NCBI GenBank assembly: GCA_027078545.1
Contig: JALWXN010000004.1
Location: 224,001-288,000, forward strand
DNA from: Nitrososphaeria archaeon
GTDB taxonomy: Archaea > Thermoproteota > Nitrososphaeria > Geothermarchaeales > JDFR-13
Length of the DNA: 64,000 nucleotides
Reading direction: 5' to 3'
Each line of letters begins with the position of its first letter. Position 1 is the stretch's first letter. The notes under the pieces are model-generated. The model was not told the origin of the DNA and ran no database searches. It worked only from the letters and a program-made list of their open reading frames with translations. The position numbers and the translations under genes were made by a program. Positions 1-8,707 of this stretch are shown one piece after another.

Positions 1-832
1 ACCTAAGATAACCTGGGACGATATCGGTGGGCTGAAAGAGGTTAAGAGGATGTTGAAGGAGAATGTGGAGTGGCCCCTGAAGTATCCAGATAAGTTTAAG
101 AAGCTGGGTATTGATCCGCCTAAGGGTATCCTGCTCTATGGCCCGCCAGGCACTGGTAAGACCTTGTTGGCCCAGGCGATAGCCAGCGAGACGAATATGA
201 ACTTCATCGTTGTTAAGGGCCCGGAGCTCCTGAGTAAGTGGGTCGGCGAGTCTGAGAAGGGTATTAGGAAGGTGTTTAAGAGGGCTAGGGACGCAGCTCC
301 TTCAATCATATTCTTCGATGAGATTGAGGCGTTGGTGCCTATGAGGGGTAGCGACGCTGGCTCTAGGGTTACGGATAGGGTTATTAGCCAGTTCCTCACG
401 GAGCTGGATGGTATAACGAGGCTTGAAGATGTTATCGTGATAGGGGCTACCAATAGGCCGGACATGATTGATCAGGCTCTGCTTAGGCCTGGTAGGATAG
501 ACCTCATGATATATGTCCCGCCTCCCAACAAGGAGGATAGGTATAGTATATTGAAGATCCACACAGCCAATGTCCCGTTGGATGAGGATGTCTCGCTCTA
601 TGAGATTGCTGAGGCTACCGAGTTCTACTCAGGTGCAGATCTAAAGGCGCTGGTCAGGGAGGCCGCCCTCACTGCTCTTAGGGAGGGTAGGGAGGTAGTG
701 AAGCATAGCGACTTCCTGAAGGCTATGGAGAGGGTGCCGCCATCCCTTAATGAGAGTATTATAGAGTGGTATGAGAACTACGGGAAGGCGATCTATAAGA
801 AGCAGATGAGGCTGCCCGCGGCATTCACGTAG
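1..832 (+). CDS. cdc48: CDC48/VCP-family AAA+ ATPase, C-terminal (D2) part; 5' end outside window
   Basis: The frame is open from base 2 ([16 protein letters not shown]). Contains Walker [21 protein letters not shown], Walker B FFDEIE and SRH ATNRPD...LLRPGR. Confidence 0.95.
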   Translation, partial: PKITWDDIGGLKEVKRMLKENVEWPLKYPDKFKKLGIDPPKGILLYGPPGTGKTLLAQAIASETNMNFIVVKGPELLSKWVGESEKGIRKVFKRARDAAPSIIFFDEIEALVPMRGSDAGSRVTDRVISQFLTELDGITRLEDVIVIGATNRPDMIDQALLRPGRIDLMIYVPPPNKEDRYSILKIHTANVPLDEDVSLYEIAEATEFYSGADLKALVREAALTALREGREVVKHSDFLKAMERVPPSLNESIIEWYENYGKAIYKKQMRLPAAFT

Positions 833-843
833 CATGGGTAGAT

Positions 844-1116
844 ATGATGTCGAACGACTATTGGCATGGTAGGCCGGTGACTAACACGGTCTACCAGGAG
901 CTTAGGAGGATGTTTAGGGAGCTGGCTAAGGGTAGGGAGGAGGCTAATGAGAAGATTGTTATCCAGTATGACTCCTTCATATACTATATGAGGGATGCCT
1001 ACCCCAACATCAGTGAGGAGGAGATTAGGAAGGCTCTGCTCAGGCTTGAGCTCTGGGGGAAGATTAGTGTCGAGAATAATGGTAATACACTGGAGATCCG
1101 TCTCCTGGAGGAGTGA
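844..1116 (+). CDS. Small hypothetical protein, probable winged helix-turn-helix
   Basis: 90-aa ORF tightly packed between cdc48 and fen. C-terminal EEIRKALLRLELWGKISV is a wHTH recognition helix plus wing pattern. Confidence 0.7.
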   Translation: MMSNDYWHGRPVTNTVYQELRRMFRELAKGREEANEKIVIQYDSFIYYMRDAYPNISEEEIRKALLRLELWGKISVENNGNTLEIRLLEE

Positions 1117-1125
1117 GGTGGTGGG

Positions 1126-2145
1126 ATGGGGGTCAACGTAGCACCCCTCATATCGGAGTATAAGGAGAAGACTGATTTCCCTAGGCTGAGGGGCTGGGTA
1201 ATAGTTATCGATGGCTTCAACACCCTCTACCAGTTCTTAACGACTATAAGGGATAAGACTGGCCGTCCACTTAGGGATAGCAGTGGAAGGGTGACTAGTC
1301 ATCTAAGCGGCCTCTTCTACCGGAATGTAAACCTACTTAAGTTCGGGATTAAGCCCGCCTATGTGTTCGACGGCCCACCGCCCCGTCTAAAGATGCTTGA
1401 GCTTGAGAGGCGTAACAAGATCAAGGCTGAGAGTAGGCAGAAGTTTGAGGAGGCCCTTGCTAGGAAGGATTTCGAGGCGGCTAGAAAATATGCAGCCATG
1501 GCTGCACAGCTGGAGGAGTATATGGTCACAGATGCGAAGGAGCTGTTGAGGTTGATGGGTATACCCGTCATTGATGCTCCGCAGGAGGGTGAGGCCCAGG
1601 CGGCCTATATAGCGATGAAGGGTGATGCCGATGCTGTGGGGTCTCAGGACTACGACTCACTCCTCTTCGGAGCCCCCAAGGTAGTCAGGAATATAACGTT
1701 GACCGGAACCGTGAAGTATCCTAGTAAAGGTATAGAGGTGAGGATGGAGCCTGAGGTCATAAAGCTGGACAAGGTTCTTGATAAGCTTGGGATTACTAGG
1801 CAGCAGCTGGTGGATATCGCCATCCTGATAGGGACGGATTATAACGAGGGTGTCAGGGGGATAGGGCCTAAGAAGGCGTATGACCTTGTGAGGAGGTATG
1901 GCAGTATAGAGAACATACCCGATGTGAGGGGGAAGCTGGATATGGATCTGGTGAGGGAGGTTAGGAAGATATTCCTCTCCCCTGAGGTGACGGATGAGTA
2001 TGACCTTACCTTCAGTACACCGGATTATGAGGGGATAATGCGTTTCCTCTGTGATGAGCATGACTTTAGTAGGGAGCGTGTGAAGAAGGCCCTTGACGAG
2101 CTTAGGAAGGCCCTATCGGTTAAGAGTCTCGACCAGTGGTTCTAA
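1126..2145 (+). CDS. fen: Flap endonuclease 1
   Basis: MGV start, IDGFNTLYQFL, TSHLSGLFYR, EGEAQAA, SQDYDSLLFGAP, GTDYN.GVRGIGPKKA and a C-terminal PIP-like KSLDQWF. Confidence 0.97.
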   Translation: MGVNVAPLISEYKEKTDFPRLRGWVIVIDGFNTLYQFLTTIRDKTGRPLRDSSGRVTSHLSGLFYRNVNLLKFGIKPAYVFDGPPPRLKMLELERRNKIKAESRQKFEEALARKDFEAARKYAAMAAQLEEYMVTDAKELLRLMGIPVIDAPQEGEAQAAYIAMKGDADAVGSQDYDSLLFGAPKVVRNITLTGTVKYPSKGIEVRMEPEVIKLDKVLDKLGITRQQLVDIAILIGTDYNEGVRGIGPKKAYDLVRRYGSIENIPDVRGKLDMDLVREVRKIFLSPEVTDEYDLTFSTPDYEGIMRFLCDEHDFSRERVKKALDELRKALSVKSLDQWF

Positions 2146-2195
2146 TAAGCTCCAAATCTTTAATTAGGGTCTATTCTAATGAAATATGGTGGTGT

Positions 2196-2272
<77 letters not shown>

Positions 2273-2286
2273 AACTCTTCTTAGGA

Positions 2287-2380
2287 GGGGCCGTGGTGTA
2301 GCTTGGCTAGAACCGAGTTTGGTGGCCAGCATGCGGGCCTCGGGAGCCCGTGGTCGCCGGTTCAAATCCGGCCGGCCCCA
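2287..2380 (+). tRNA. tRNA-Pro(CGG) with a 19-nt non-canonical intron in the D-arm (approx. 22/23; 2311-2329)
   Basis: Removing AACCGAGTTTGGTGGCCAG gives a sequence identical to tRNA-Pro(TGG) at 6434-6511 except position 34. BHB-like helix GGCT/GGCC with bulges AGA and AGC. Confidence 0.93.
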
Positions 2381-2395
2381 CCTGAAGATGCCTGG

Positions 2396-3628
2396 TCATA
2401 TCCTGATCATGCCTGAGAAGTATTCCGCCAAGGCTATGGGAGTCTCTTCACCGTCTTCTTCATAGACTATTAAAGCCCTTCCACGTATCTCGCTATCCGC
2501 CTCGTGCCTGACTACCCCTCTCCTGATTAGTTGGGCTATCTCCTTCGACGACTGGATTTTTAGTGTGGGTATCGTCCTCTCGCTGCATATCCCACTGTAG
2601 ATACATGAGGCGTATCTGCAGGTCTCTCTCGCTAGCTCGTAGACTGGTCTATATGCGCCGGGCGGCTTGGTATATCCATCCTCTATCTCGGGGCCGTCTA
2701 TCTTCCTGAATATCGCTATGTACATCAGCCCCGTGTTGCCCTTATATCTATCGATGTTTAGGCTTGGGAGTATGAAGAAGGACCCTGGCGCGTCGTCGGG
2801 TGAAAAGGTCTCTAGGGGGAGTCGAAGATCCCTATTGATAGGTTCCCATCCATTCTTGAGGGCCTCATGATATACGTCTATCGTCTCCTCCCTGGTCAGG
2901 GTGCATGTCAAGTATACTAGGTATCCACCCCTCCTCACCATCTGGGATATGTGTTTTACAATGGATCTCTGGAGGGAGGAGTATGCCTCTCTATGTTTTA
3001 GGTTGGTGACCACCTCCTGTACCCTTTTATATAGTAGATCGAGGCCGGTGCATGGAGCGTCGAATATGACTAGGTCGTAGGGCCCGGATGAGGGGAGCTT
3101 CTCACCCCTGTGCCTAGAAGTCCAAACATTCCGGAGGCAGTGTCTAACTATGTTGTTCACCAGTCTCCTGTGACGGGCTCTGTTGGGCTCGTTGGCCACG
3201 ATGGCTGAGTCTGGATATGTGTTTGCCGCTATAAATGTCTTCCCTCCAGGGGCAGCCGCCACGTCTAGGATGTGATCCATCTCCTCTCCCCTCCCTATTG
3301 TTTCGAGGATTATGTGTAGGGCTGCGCTGGCCAACTCCATGATGTAGTACCCCCCATTCCTGTGTATAGCGTTGTCCAGGAGTTCATACCCGTCTAGGAC
3401 GACTCCAACCCTCCTCTCTAGGCCCTTTAGGGGGGATATGTCTATCCCTGCCTCACCCAGTATTTTGAAGATATAATCGCCTCTATATCCCGCTAATGTG
3501 TTTATCGATATGGTCTTGATCGGGCGTCTAGCGAGGATCTCCGCCTCCTTCAGCGGGTCTATACCCTCTATAGATGATTCTAGTAGGAGTCTCCCTAGTA
3601 TACTGGGCAGCTCCATCCTATTCCCCAT
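2396..3628 (-). CDS. RsmB/NOP2/NSUN-family RNA m5C methyltransferase
   Basis: LDVAAAPGGKT SAM-binding motif, DAPCTG (motif IV Cys) and YLTCTL (motif VI Cys). Confidence 0.88.
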   Translation of the reverse strand: MGNRMELPSILGRLLLESSIEGIDPLKEAEILARRPIKTISINTLAGYRGDYIFKILGEAGIDISPLKGLERRVGVVLDGYELLDNAIHRNGGYYIMELASAALHIILETIGRGEEMDHILDVAAAPGGKTFIAANTYPDSAIVANEPNRARHRRLVNNIVRHCLRNVWTSRHRGEKLPSSGPYDLVIFDAPCTGLDLLYKRVQEVVTNLKHREAYSSLQRSIVKHISQMVRRGGYLVYLTCTLTREETIDVYHEALKNGWEPINRDLRLPLETFSPDDAPGSFFILPSLNIDRYKGNTGLMYIAIFRKIDGPEIEDGYTKPPGAYRPVYELARETCRYASCIYSGICSERTIPTLKIQSSKEIAQLIRRGVVRHEADSEIRGRALIVYEEDGEETPIALAEYFSGMIRI

Positions 3629-3691
3629 GTCTCCCTTGTTAATTTTTAATATGGGTAGGTGAAACCAAATATTCTTGATGCTATAGTGCTT

Positions 3692-3824
3692 GGGGCCGTG
3701 GCCCAGCCAGGAAGGGCGGCCGACAATATCGTTGGCTGAGGCTCCAGATCCCGGTATTAGGACCCTCTGGGGATGACTGGTGGATACCGGTCGGTCGTGG
3801 GTTCAAATCCCACCGGCCCCACCA
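3692..3824 (+). tRNA. tRNA-Trp(CCA) with two introns: 18 nt at 30/31 (3723-3740) and 38 nt at 37/38 or 38/39 (approx. 3749-3786)
   Basis: The spliced product has anticodon arm GCCGG-CT CCA GA-CCGGT. Intron 1 BHB is CGGC/GCTG with bulges CGA and AGG. Intron 2 helix is TCCA/TGGA. CCA end encoded. Confidence 0.92.
3751..3780 (+). ncRNA. Candidate intron-encoded K-turn guide for C39 of pre-tRNA-Trp
   Basis: CCGGTATT is antisense to the 3' splice junction GATACCGG. It is followed by the K-turn AGGA-CCC-TCT-GGG-GAT-GA-CT. The N+5 position pairs with C39. Confidence 0.55.
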
Positions 3825-3886
3825 CCCTCCTCACAGGTATAACCACCCCCAAAAATCGGGAAGTGTATAGATTACTGCATAGAGAA

Positions 3887-3911
3887 TTTATATTATGCCG
3901 ATATTATGTCA
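3887..3911 (+). promoter_or_regulatory. Putative promoter of the Rieske-cytb-cupredoxin operon: TATA-like TTTATA overlapping tandem ATATTATG repeats
   Basis: TTTATATTATGCCGATATTATGTCA about 50-70 nt upstream of the Rieske start. RBS GGAGGTG lies before the GTG at 3960. Confidence 0.4.
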
Positions 3912-3959
3912 AGTAGTGATACTCAATGGGTTAGACGGCTCTCGGGAGGTGTGGATTAA

Positions 3960-4454
3960 GTGCCTAATAGGCGTGATGTAATAAAGGCGTTGGCTGCCGC
4001 TTCTGGTCTAGCCTGCCTAGCCCCATTCATACCTCTGGGCAAGTTCCTTACCCCTGAGTCTGGAACCGCCCCTCCACGTCAGAAAATAGCTAATATCGAG
4101 GATATCCCGATTGGTACTGAGAGATTTGTTGTATATCCCCGTAGTGGTGATCCCGCGAGGGATAAGGATCCTTTTAGGCAGTTCACCGTGGTCAGGACTG
4201 GTGAGCGTGAGGTAGTTGGGTATAGTAGGGTCTGTATCCATCTATGGTGTCTCATATCCCTAGATAAGGAGACTGGAAACACGTTCCAGTGTCCATGCCA
4301 CGGAAGTATTTATACTGTGGAGGATGGCTTTGCAATTGCGGGTCCCGCAGCTAAGCAGCCCAACAGATATCTACCTAAGCTCCTCCTCGAGATAGACGAG
4401 GCGGGCGATATATACGCTGTTGGTGTGGAGGGTGAGATTGGATATGGCAGGTGA
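3960..4454 (+). CDS. Rieske [2Fe-2S] subunit of complex III, Tat-exported
   Basis: Twin-arginine NRRDVIK followed by a hydrophobic helix. Rieske motifs CIHLWC and CPCHGS. Confidence 0.93.
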   Translation: MPNRRDVIKALAAASGLACLAPFIPLGKFLTPESGTAPPRQKIANIEDIPIGTERFVVYPRSGDPARDKDPFRQFTVVRTGEREVVGYSRVCIHLWCLISLDKETGNTFQCPCHGSIYTVEDGFAIAGPAAKQPNRYLPKLLLEIDEAGDIYAVGVEGEIGYGR

Positions 4455-5784
4455 GGAGCAGCAGAAGAAGTCTCTAGTAGATAGGGCCATAGAGGCCTAT
4501 GACTGGACTATTAAGAGGCTAGAGAGGACCATCCTATTCGGTATCCGCTTCGTAGTTCCAAATAGGATCGTGAGTCCCCATGGATTTCTAGGTATGCTCA
4601 CCTTCATAACCTTCATAGTCCTAGGTATTACAGGAGGCCTCTTAATGTTCTACTACCGCCCAACTCTTGACCAGGCATATCCCAGTGTAGAGATGATTAA
4701 CAATGAGGTGGACTTCGGGATAATTATTAGGAATATCCATTACCACGCCTCTAACCTTATGATCTTCCTGGCCATTTACCACCTGTTCTACCAGTTGTTC
4801 TCAGGGAGGTATAAAATTAGGAATGAGGTTATATGGGTAACTGGGGTCATACTCGGTACACTTACAATCATCGAGGCCTACATAGGATACGACTTGATAA
4901 TGAATGAGAGGGCTGTTCTAGCCATCAATATTGGTGCTGCCCTGGCTTATTCAACCCCTGTTATAGGACCTGTAATAGCCGATATAGTGATAGGCACGGG
5001 CTTCAACGACCTAGTCCTTAGAATATATGCTCTACACGTCTTTATACTCCCCTTGACGATGCTCCTACTAATCACGTTACACTTCCCTAGGAACCTGGTC
5101 TTCGACCCAGGTATGGCTGGTATTGTGGTGGGTACCCTGTTCATCACTTCGGCTCTATATCCAGTTCCACTTGGTAATCAGTACGATCCGTTTAGACCAC
5201 TCCCCATAACGATCCCAGAGTGGTATATCAACCCGCTATACGCACTGTTGAGAACAGGTATAGATAAGTTTGTTGCTGGCGTACTCCTCCCCACACTGTT
5301 CATCATGATGTTTATGATAGTTCCGTTTGTTGACAGGTCTAAAGGGATGAGGCTCGCGGATAGGCCTGTGGCCCTGGGTATTGGGCTAGCTGGCGTTTCT
5401 CAGAGCATCGTCACCACAGTCTGGGGGTTCTATGTAGACCCGGATCCAACAAAGGGTTATAATGCCCGTCTAGAGATCGACCCAGTGCTCTTCTTCGGTG
5501 TACTTATACTTCTAAACGTGGCGTCATTCGGCGCTGCATATGCCTACTCCAAGTATAGCAAGGGTAGAAAGCCAGAGCCTGTAAGGAGGGCTACTCAGCA
5601 GTTTAAACTATCTGATGAGGAGTTGACGGCCCTCTTCTACCTGCTATTAGCTGCAGAGATAGCCGTGGTTATACTCTCCCTTGTATCCTACTACATGGGT
5701 AACCTGATCTTCGGAATGCTTATGACGGGGGCGTCGCTGATCGCCTTCGGATTCATTACATATGTCATTAGGTTGATGTCGTGA
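4444..5784 (+). CDS. petB: Cytochrome b of complex III (fused b6/subunit IV type with extra C-terminal TM helices)
   Basis: Heme-ligand His residues in RNIHYHASN, YHLF, YALHVF and TLHFP. Qo-site PEWY motif. Start taken at ATG 4444. Confidence 0.93.
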   Translation: MAGEEQQKKSLVDRAIEAYDWTIKRLERTILFGIRFVVPNRIVSPHGFLGMLTFITFIVLGITGGLLMFYYRPTLDQAYPSVEMINNEVDFGIIIRNIHYHASNLMIFLAIYHLFYQLFSGRYKIRNEVIWVTGVILGTLTIIEAYIGYDLIMNERAVLAINIGAALAYSTPVIGPVIADIVIGTGFNDLVLRIYALHVFILPLTMLLLITLHFPRNLVFDPGMAGIVVGTLFITSALYPVPLGNQYDPFRPLPITIPEWYINPLYALLRTGIDKFVAGVLLPTLFIMMFMIVPFVDRSKGMRLADRPVALGIGLAGVSQSIVTTVWGFYVDPDPTKGYNARLEIDPVLFFGVLILLNVASFGAAYAYSKYSKGRKPEPVRRATQQFKLSDEELTALFYLLLAAEIAVVILSLVSYYMGNLIFGMLMTGASLIAFGFITYVIRLMS

Positions 5785-5793
5785 GGTGGGATT

Positions 5794-6396
5794 ATGGATC
5801 GTGGCCTCTATTTGGCTAGCGTCTTCCTAATAACAATAGGTCTGCTCGGGGTTTGGCTCGGCTCCTTTGCAGGCGTCTCTGAGTCGTTTGTCGAGATGAC
5901 TCCCCCCTCATTAGCAGTCTTCCTTCTAGGGCTATTCCTACTACCCATAGCTCTCTTCAAGGGTGGGCCTCCCACTGCTGATGCATATGTACCCATAGCC
6001 TTCCTCTTTGTACTTGGATTTCTATTGATTGGCTGGGGATTCATGTTCGGAGGTGAGGGTGAGACAGTCATCCTAGGCACTCAGGAAATGTATCTAGTGA
6101 TGACCGAGTACGCTTTTAACTACACCAACCCAGATATCGAGGTTTATCAGAACTATTTGGTAAGGGTGATACTCGATAATAAAGGAGAGGTTCAGCACTC
6201 GTTCATGGTCCTCGGGGTCTCGGAGGACAGTGGGTATATCGACCCTGAGCAGGTATACACCATGGAGTTCGTGATAAACCAAGACCCTGGGGTGTATGAG
6301 TATCTATGTACCGTCCCTGGTCATAGAGAGGCAGGGATGTACGGAACCTGGATTATTCAAGAGCCTCCTGAGAACGCTACAGCCACTGGTGAATAG
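5794..6396 (+). CDS. Membrane-anchored type-1 blue copper (cupredoxin) protein
   Basis: Three N-terminal hydrophobic segments. Copper ligands in QHSF and YLCTVPGHREAGM (H, C, H, M). N-glycosylation sequons NYT and NAT. Confidence 0.9.
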   Translation: MDRGLYLASVFLITIGLLGVWLGSFAGVSESFVEMTPPSLAVFLLGLFLLPIALFKGGPPTADAYVPIAFLFVLGFLLIGWGFMFGGEGETVILGTQEMYLVMTEYAFNYTNPDIEVYQNYLVRVILDNKGEVQHSFMVLGVSEDSGYIDPEQVYTMEFVINQDPGVYEYLCTVPGHREAGMYGTWIIQEPPENATATGE

Positions 6397-6415
6397 CTTC
6401 CACAGAAACCCAAAA

Positions 6416-6434
6416 TTTTTATTTTTTGATTTTT
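6416..6434 (+). terminator. Oligo-T tract, probable archaeal terminator of the complex III operon
   Basis: TTTTTATTTTTTGATTTTT 20 nt after the cupredoxin stop codon, abutting the 3' end of the convergent tRNA. Confidence 0.55.
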
Positions 6435-6511
6435 GGTGGGGCCGGCCGGATTTGAACCGGCGACCACGGGCTCCCAAGGCCCGCATGCTAGCCAAGCTAC
6501 ACCACGGCCCC
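6434..6511 (-). tRNA. tRNA-Pro(TGG), intronless, CCA encoded
   Basis: Reverse complement reads GGGGCCG...CGGGC-CT TGG GA-GCCCG...CGGCCCCACCA. Confidence 0.97.
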
Positions 6512-6520
6512 TACTCCATT

Positions 6521-6877
6521 TTAATCTGATAACCCTCCTTCTTTAAGAGCTATTATAGCCGCTGCTATATCTCCCTGGGTAAGCTCCAGGGCTTTTATCG
6601 CCAGCTCCCTATCCACGTTCGCCTGCTCCATGACTATGGCGATGTCCTCCTCGGAGAACTCAGTCTTACCCTCTTCCTCATACTCCTCCTCGTTGCCTAT
6701 TACCTGGTATATCGTGGTCTCGCCCATGGCGATCTTGCTGACGTTCGGGTCTACTATCCGGGTCTTCCTACCATCTCTATATATAAATATGACCTCCTCT
6801 ACATCCAGGTTCTCCATACGCTCTATACCCATCTTCTTCATCATTCTCCTTAGTTCCCTAGATCCTATCCGCCTCAT
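6521..6877 (-). CDS. nac: Nascent polypeptide-associated complex (archaeal NAC)
   Basis: RELRRMMKKMGI N-terminus, NAC beta domain and C-terminal UBA (EEDIAIVMEQANVDRELAIKALE..GDIAAAI). Confidence 0.93.
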   Translation of the reverse strand: MRRIGSRELRRMMKKMGIERMENLDVEEVIFIYRDGRKTRIVDPNVSKIAMGETTIYQVIGNEEEYEEEGKTEFSEEDIAIVMEQANVDRELAIKALELTQGDIAAAIIALKEGGLSD

Positions 6878-6956
6878 CCCCCATCCTCAAAATAGTTTGT
6901 CATGGGCAGTCTCAATAAATATTTGGGGGTATTGGGAGTAGAATTATTGTAGCAAA

Positions 6957-7436
6957 ATGTCTTGTGAACTGTGTGGATCCAAGTCGGATGAGTTACATCT
7001 CGTCATCTTCTCTGGGAGCCGTGTACTGGCCTGCCAATCCTGTATCAGGAAGTATGGCTTGGTCGTTATACGTAGGTCTGGTGAGCCTAGGAAGAGGCCC
7101 ATCGCTAGGCAGACTAGGCAGCAGCGGAGTGTCAGGCCACCATCCCCTGAGTATGATGTCGTGGAGGACTATGGCCAGATTATTAAGAGGGCTAGGGAGG
7201 AGCGGGGCTTGACCCAGGAGGACCTGGCTAGACTGGTTGGTGTGAAGCTTAGCTACATAAGGAAGGTTGAGCAGGGGAAGATGGTTCCGGAACTCCCTGT
7301 TCTTAGGAAGCTTGAGAAGCTGCTCTCCGTGAAGCTGGTCGAGGAGGCTGTGCCTAGGGAGGAGAAAGCTATATATTCATCTGGAGGGGATGACTCTATT
7401 ACCTTGGGAGACCTTCTAGGTAGGGAGGAGCCGTAG
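6957..7436 (+). CDS. Archaeal multiprotein bridging factor aMBF1
   Basis: N-terminal Zn ribbon CELCG...CQSC, Cro-HTH (IKRAREERGLTQEDLA) and C-terminal TLGD motif. Confidence 0.93.
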   Translation: MSCELCGSKSDELHLVIFSGSRVLACQSCIRKYGLVVIRRSGEPRKRPIARQTRQQRSVRPPSPEYDVVEDYGQIIKRAREERGLTQEDLARLVGVKLSYIRKVEQGKMVPELPVLRKLEKLLSVKLVEEAVPREEKAIYSSGGDDSITLGDLLGREEP

Positions 7437-7441
7437 GGTGG

Positions 7442-8707
7442 GTGATGCTCATAAGGGCCGTAGCCATCGTGACGGATAGGAGTAACTTTAGGGAGTTTAG
7501 GGTCTTGGCGGAGGAGGCTGGCTATAGAATCGTCGACACGGTATATGTACGTAGGCTCACGCCACGTGGATTGAGCGAGGCGAAGCTTGAAGAGGTGAAG
7601 GAGGCTGTTAGGCGTAGCCTGGCTGAGGTTGTTCTCTTCGACAAGGAGTTGAAGCCTAAGCATATGTATAACCTGTGGAAACACGTCAATGTCCAGGTTA
7701 GGGATCGTGTGGAGGTGATCCTAGAGATCTTCAGGAGGCATAGCCCCTCTAAGGAGGCTGATCTCCAGATTAAGCTGGCTAGTCTGAACTACGAGCTGGC
7801 TAGGGCTAGGGAGAAGGTTCTCCTAGCCAAGGCTGGTGAGCAGCCGGCCCTCATCATGGGTCCTGGTCAGTACGAGGTGGATAAGTATTACCTCGAGATT
7901 AAGAGGAGGATACAGACTATAAAGAGGAAGCTTGAGGAGGAGCGTAGGAAACGATCTGTACATAGGGATATGAGGAGGCGGCGGGGATATAAGACCATAG
8001 CGATAACTGGCTATACATGCTCGGGGAAGACCACACTATTCAACTATCTCTCCGGGATGTCTATGAAGACTGGTGATGAGCCCTTCACAACACTCTCAAC
8101 GAAGTACTCCCTGTTAAGGATAGGTCTGTGGAAAGTCTATCTCATCGACACCATAGGCTTCATCCAGGATCTTCCCCCATTCGTCATATCCGCATTCTAC
8201 TCAACGTTGGAGGAGGTCTCTGAGGCTGATATTGTATATCTAGTGGTGGACGTCTCCGAGGAGCTGGATAAGGTCTCGGCTAAGCTGGAAACCTCTCTAG
8301 ATATCCTCGACAAGCTTGGGTTTAGGGGTAAGGTCATCATTGTGGGCAACAAGGTTGACCAGATCAATAATATGGAGGCGTTGAAACCGGTTAAGAGCCT
8401 ATTTGACGCGACCGGCCACCCATCCATCTTTATCTCGGCCGCTACTGGTGAGGGGGTTGATAAGCTACTCAGACTGACTGAGGAGCTTCTGGGGACAGGT
8501 GTGGAGATGAGGGTGGAGATCCCATATACGAGGAGGGACTTCTTCGAGATAGTTGGTATGGTGAAGGAGGAGGGTCTCGGCGGCTTCGAGGAGCTGGATG
8601 ATAGGATGGTTTTTAGGGGTAGGCTTCCAGAGCATATCGTGGATAAGCTTATCCATAAAGGTGTTAAGGTCTATGCGGAGGGCCTCCGTTCTACGTCTGG
8701 GGCATAG
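7442..8707 (+). CDS. hflX: Ribosome-splitting GTPase HflX
   Basis: DRVEVILEIF, EADLQIKLASL.YEL, GPGQYE, G1 GYTCSGKTT, FTTL, DTIGFI, NKVD and SAATG. Confidence 0.93.
   Translation: MMLIRAVAIVTDRSNFREFRVLAEEAGYRIVDTVYVRRLTPRGLSEAKLEEVKEAVRRSLAEVVLFDKELKPKHMYNLWKHVNVQVRDRVEVILEIFRRHSPSKEADLQIKLASLNYELARAREKVLLAKAGEQPALIMGPGQYEVDKYYLEIKRRIQTIKRKLEEERRKRSVHRDMRRRRGYKTIAITGYTCSGKTTLFNYLSGMSMKTGDEPFTTLSTKYSLLRIGLWKVYLIDTIGFIQDLPPFVISAFYSTLEEVSEADIVYLVVDVSEELDKVSAKLETSLDILDKLGFRGKVIIVGNKVDQINNMEALKPVKSLFDATGHPSIFISAATGEGVDKLLRLTEELLGTGVEMRVEIPYTRRDFFEIVGMVKEEGLGGFEELDDRMVFRGRLPEHIVDKLIHKGVKVYAEGLRSTSGA

Noticed and set aside
3723-3740. CTGA (box D) in the first tRNA-Trp intron as part of a guide RNA
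   Set aside because: There is no box C partner in that intron, the upstream bases do not complement the tRNA, and the CTGA is explained by the BHB helix and bulge.
6296-6529. Short ORFs spanning tRNA genes (also 23070-23345, 24267-24455, 40624-40818)
   Set aside because: These are translations of tRNA sequence (e.g. WWGRPDLNRRP, EPRAGFEP), not proteins.
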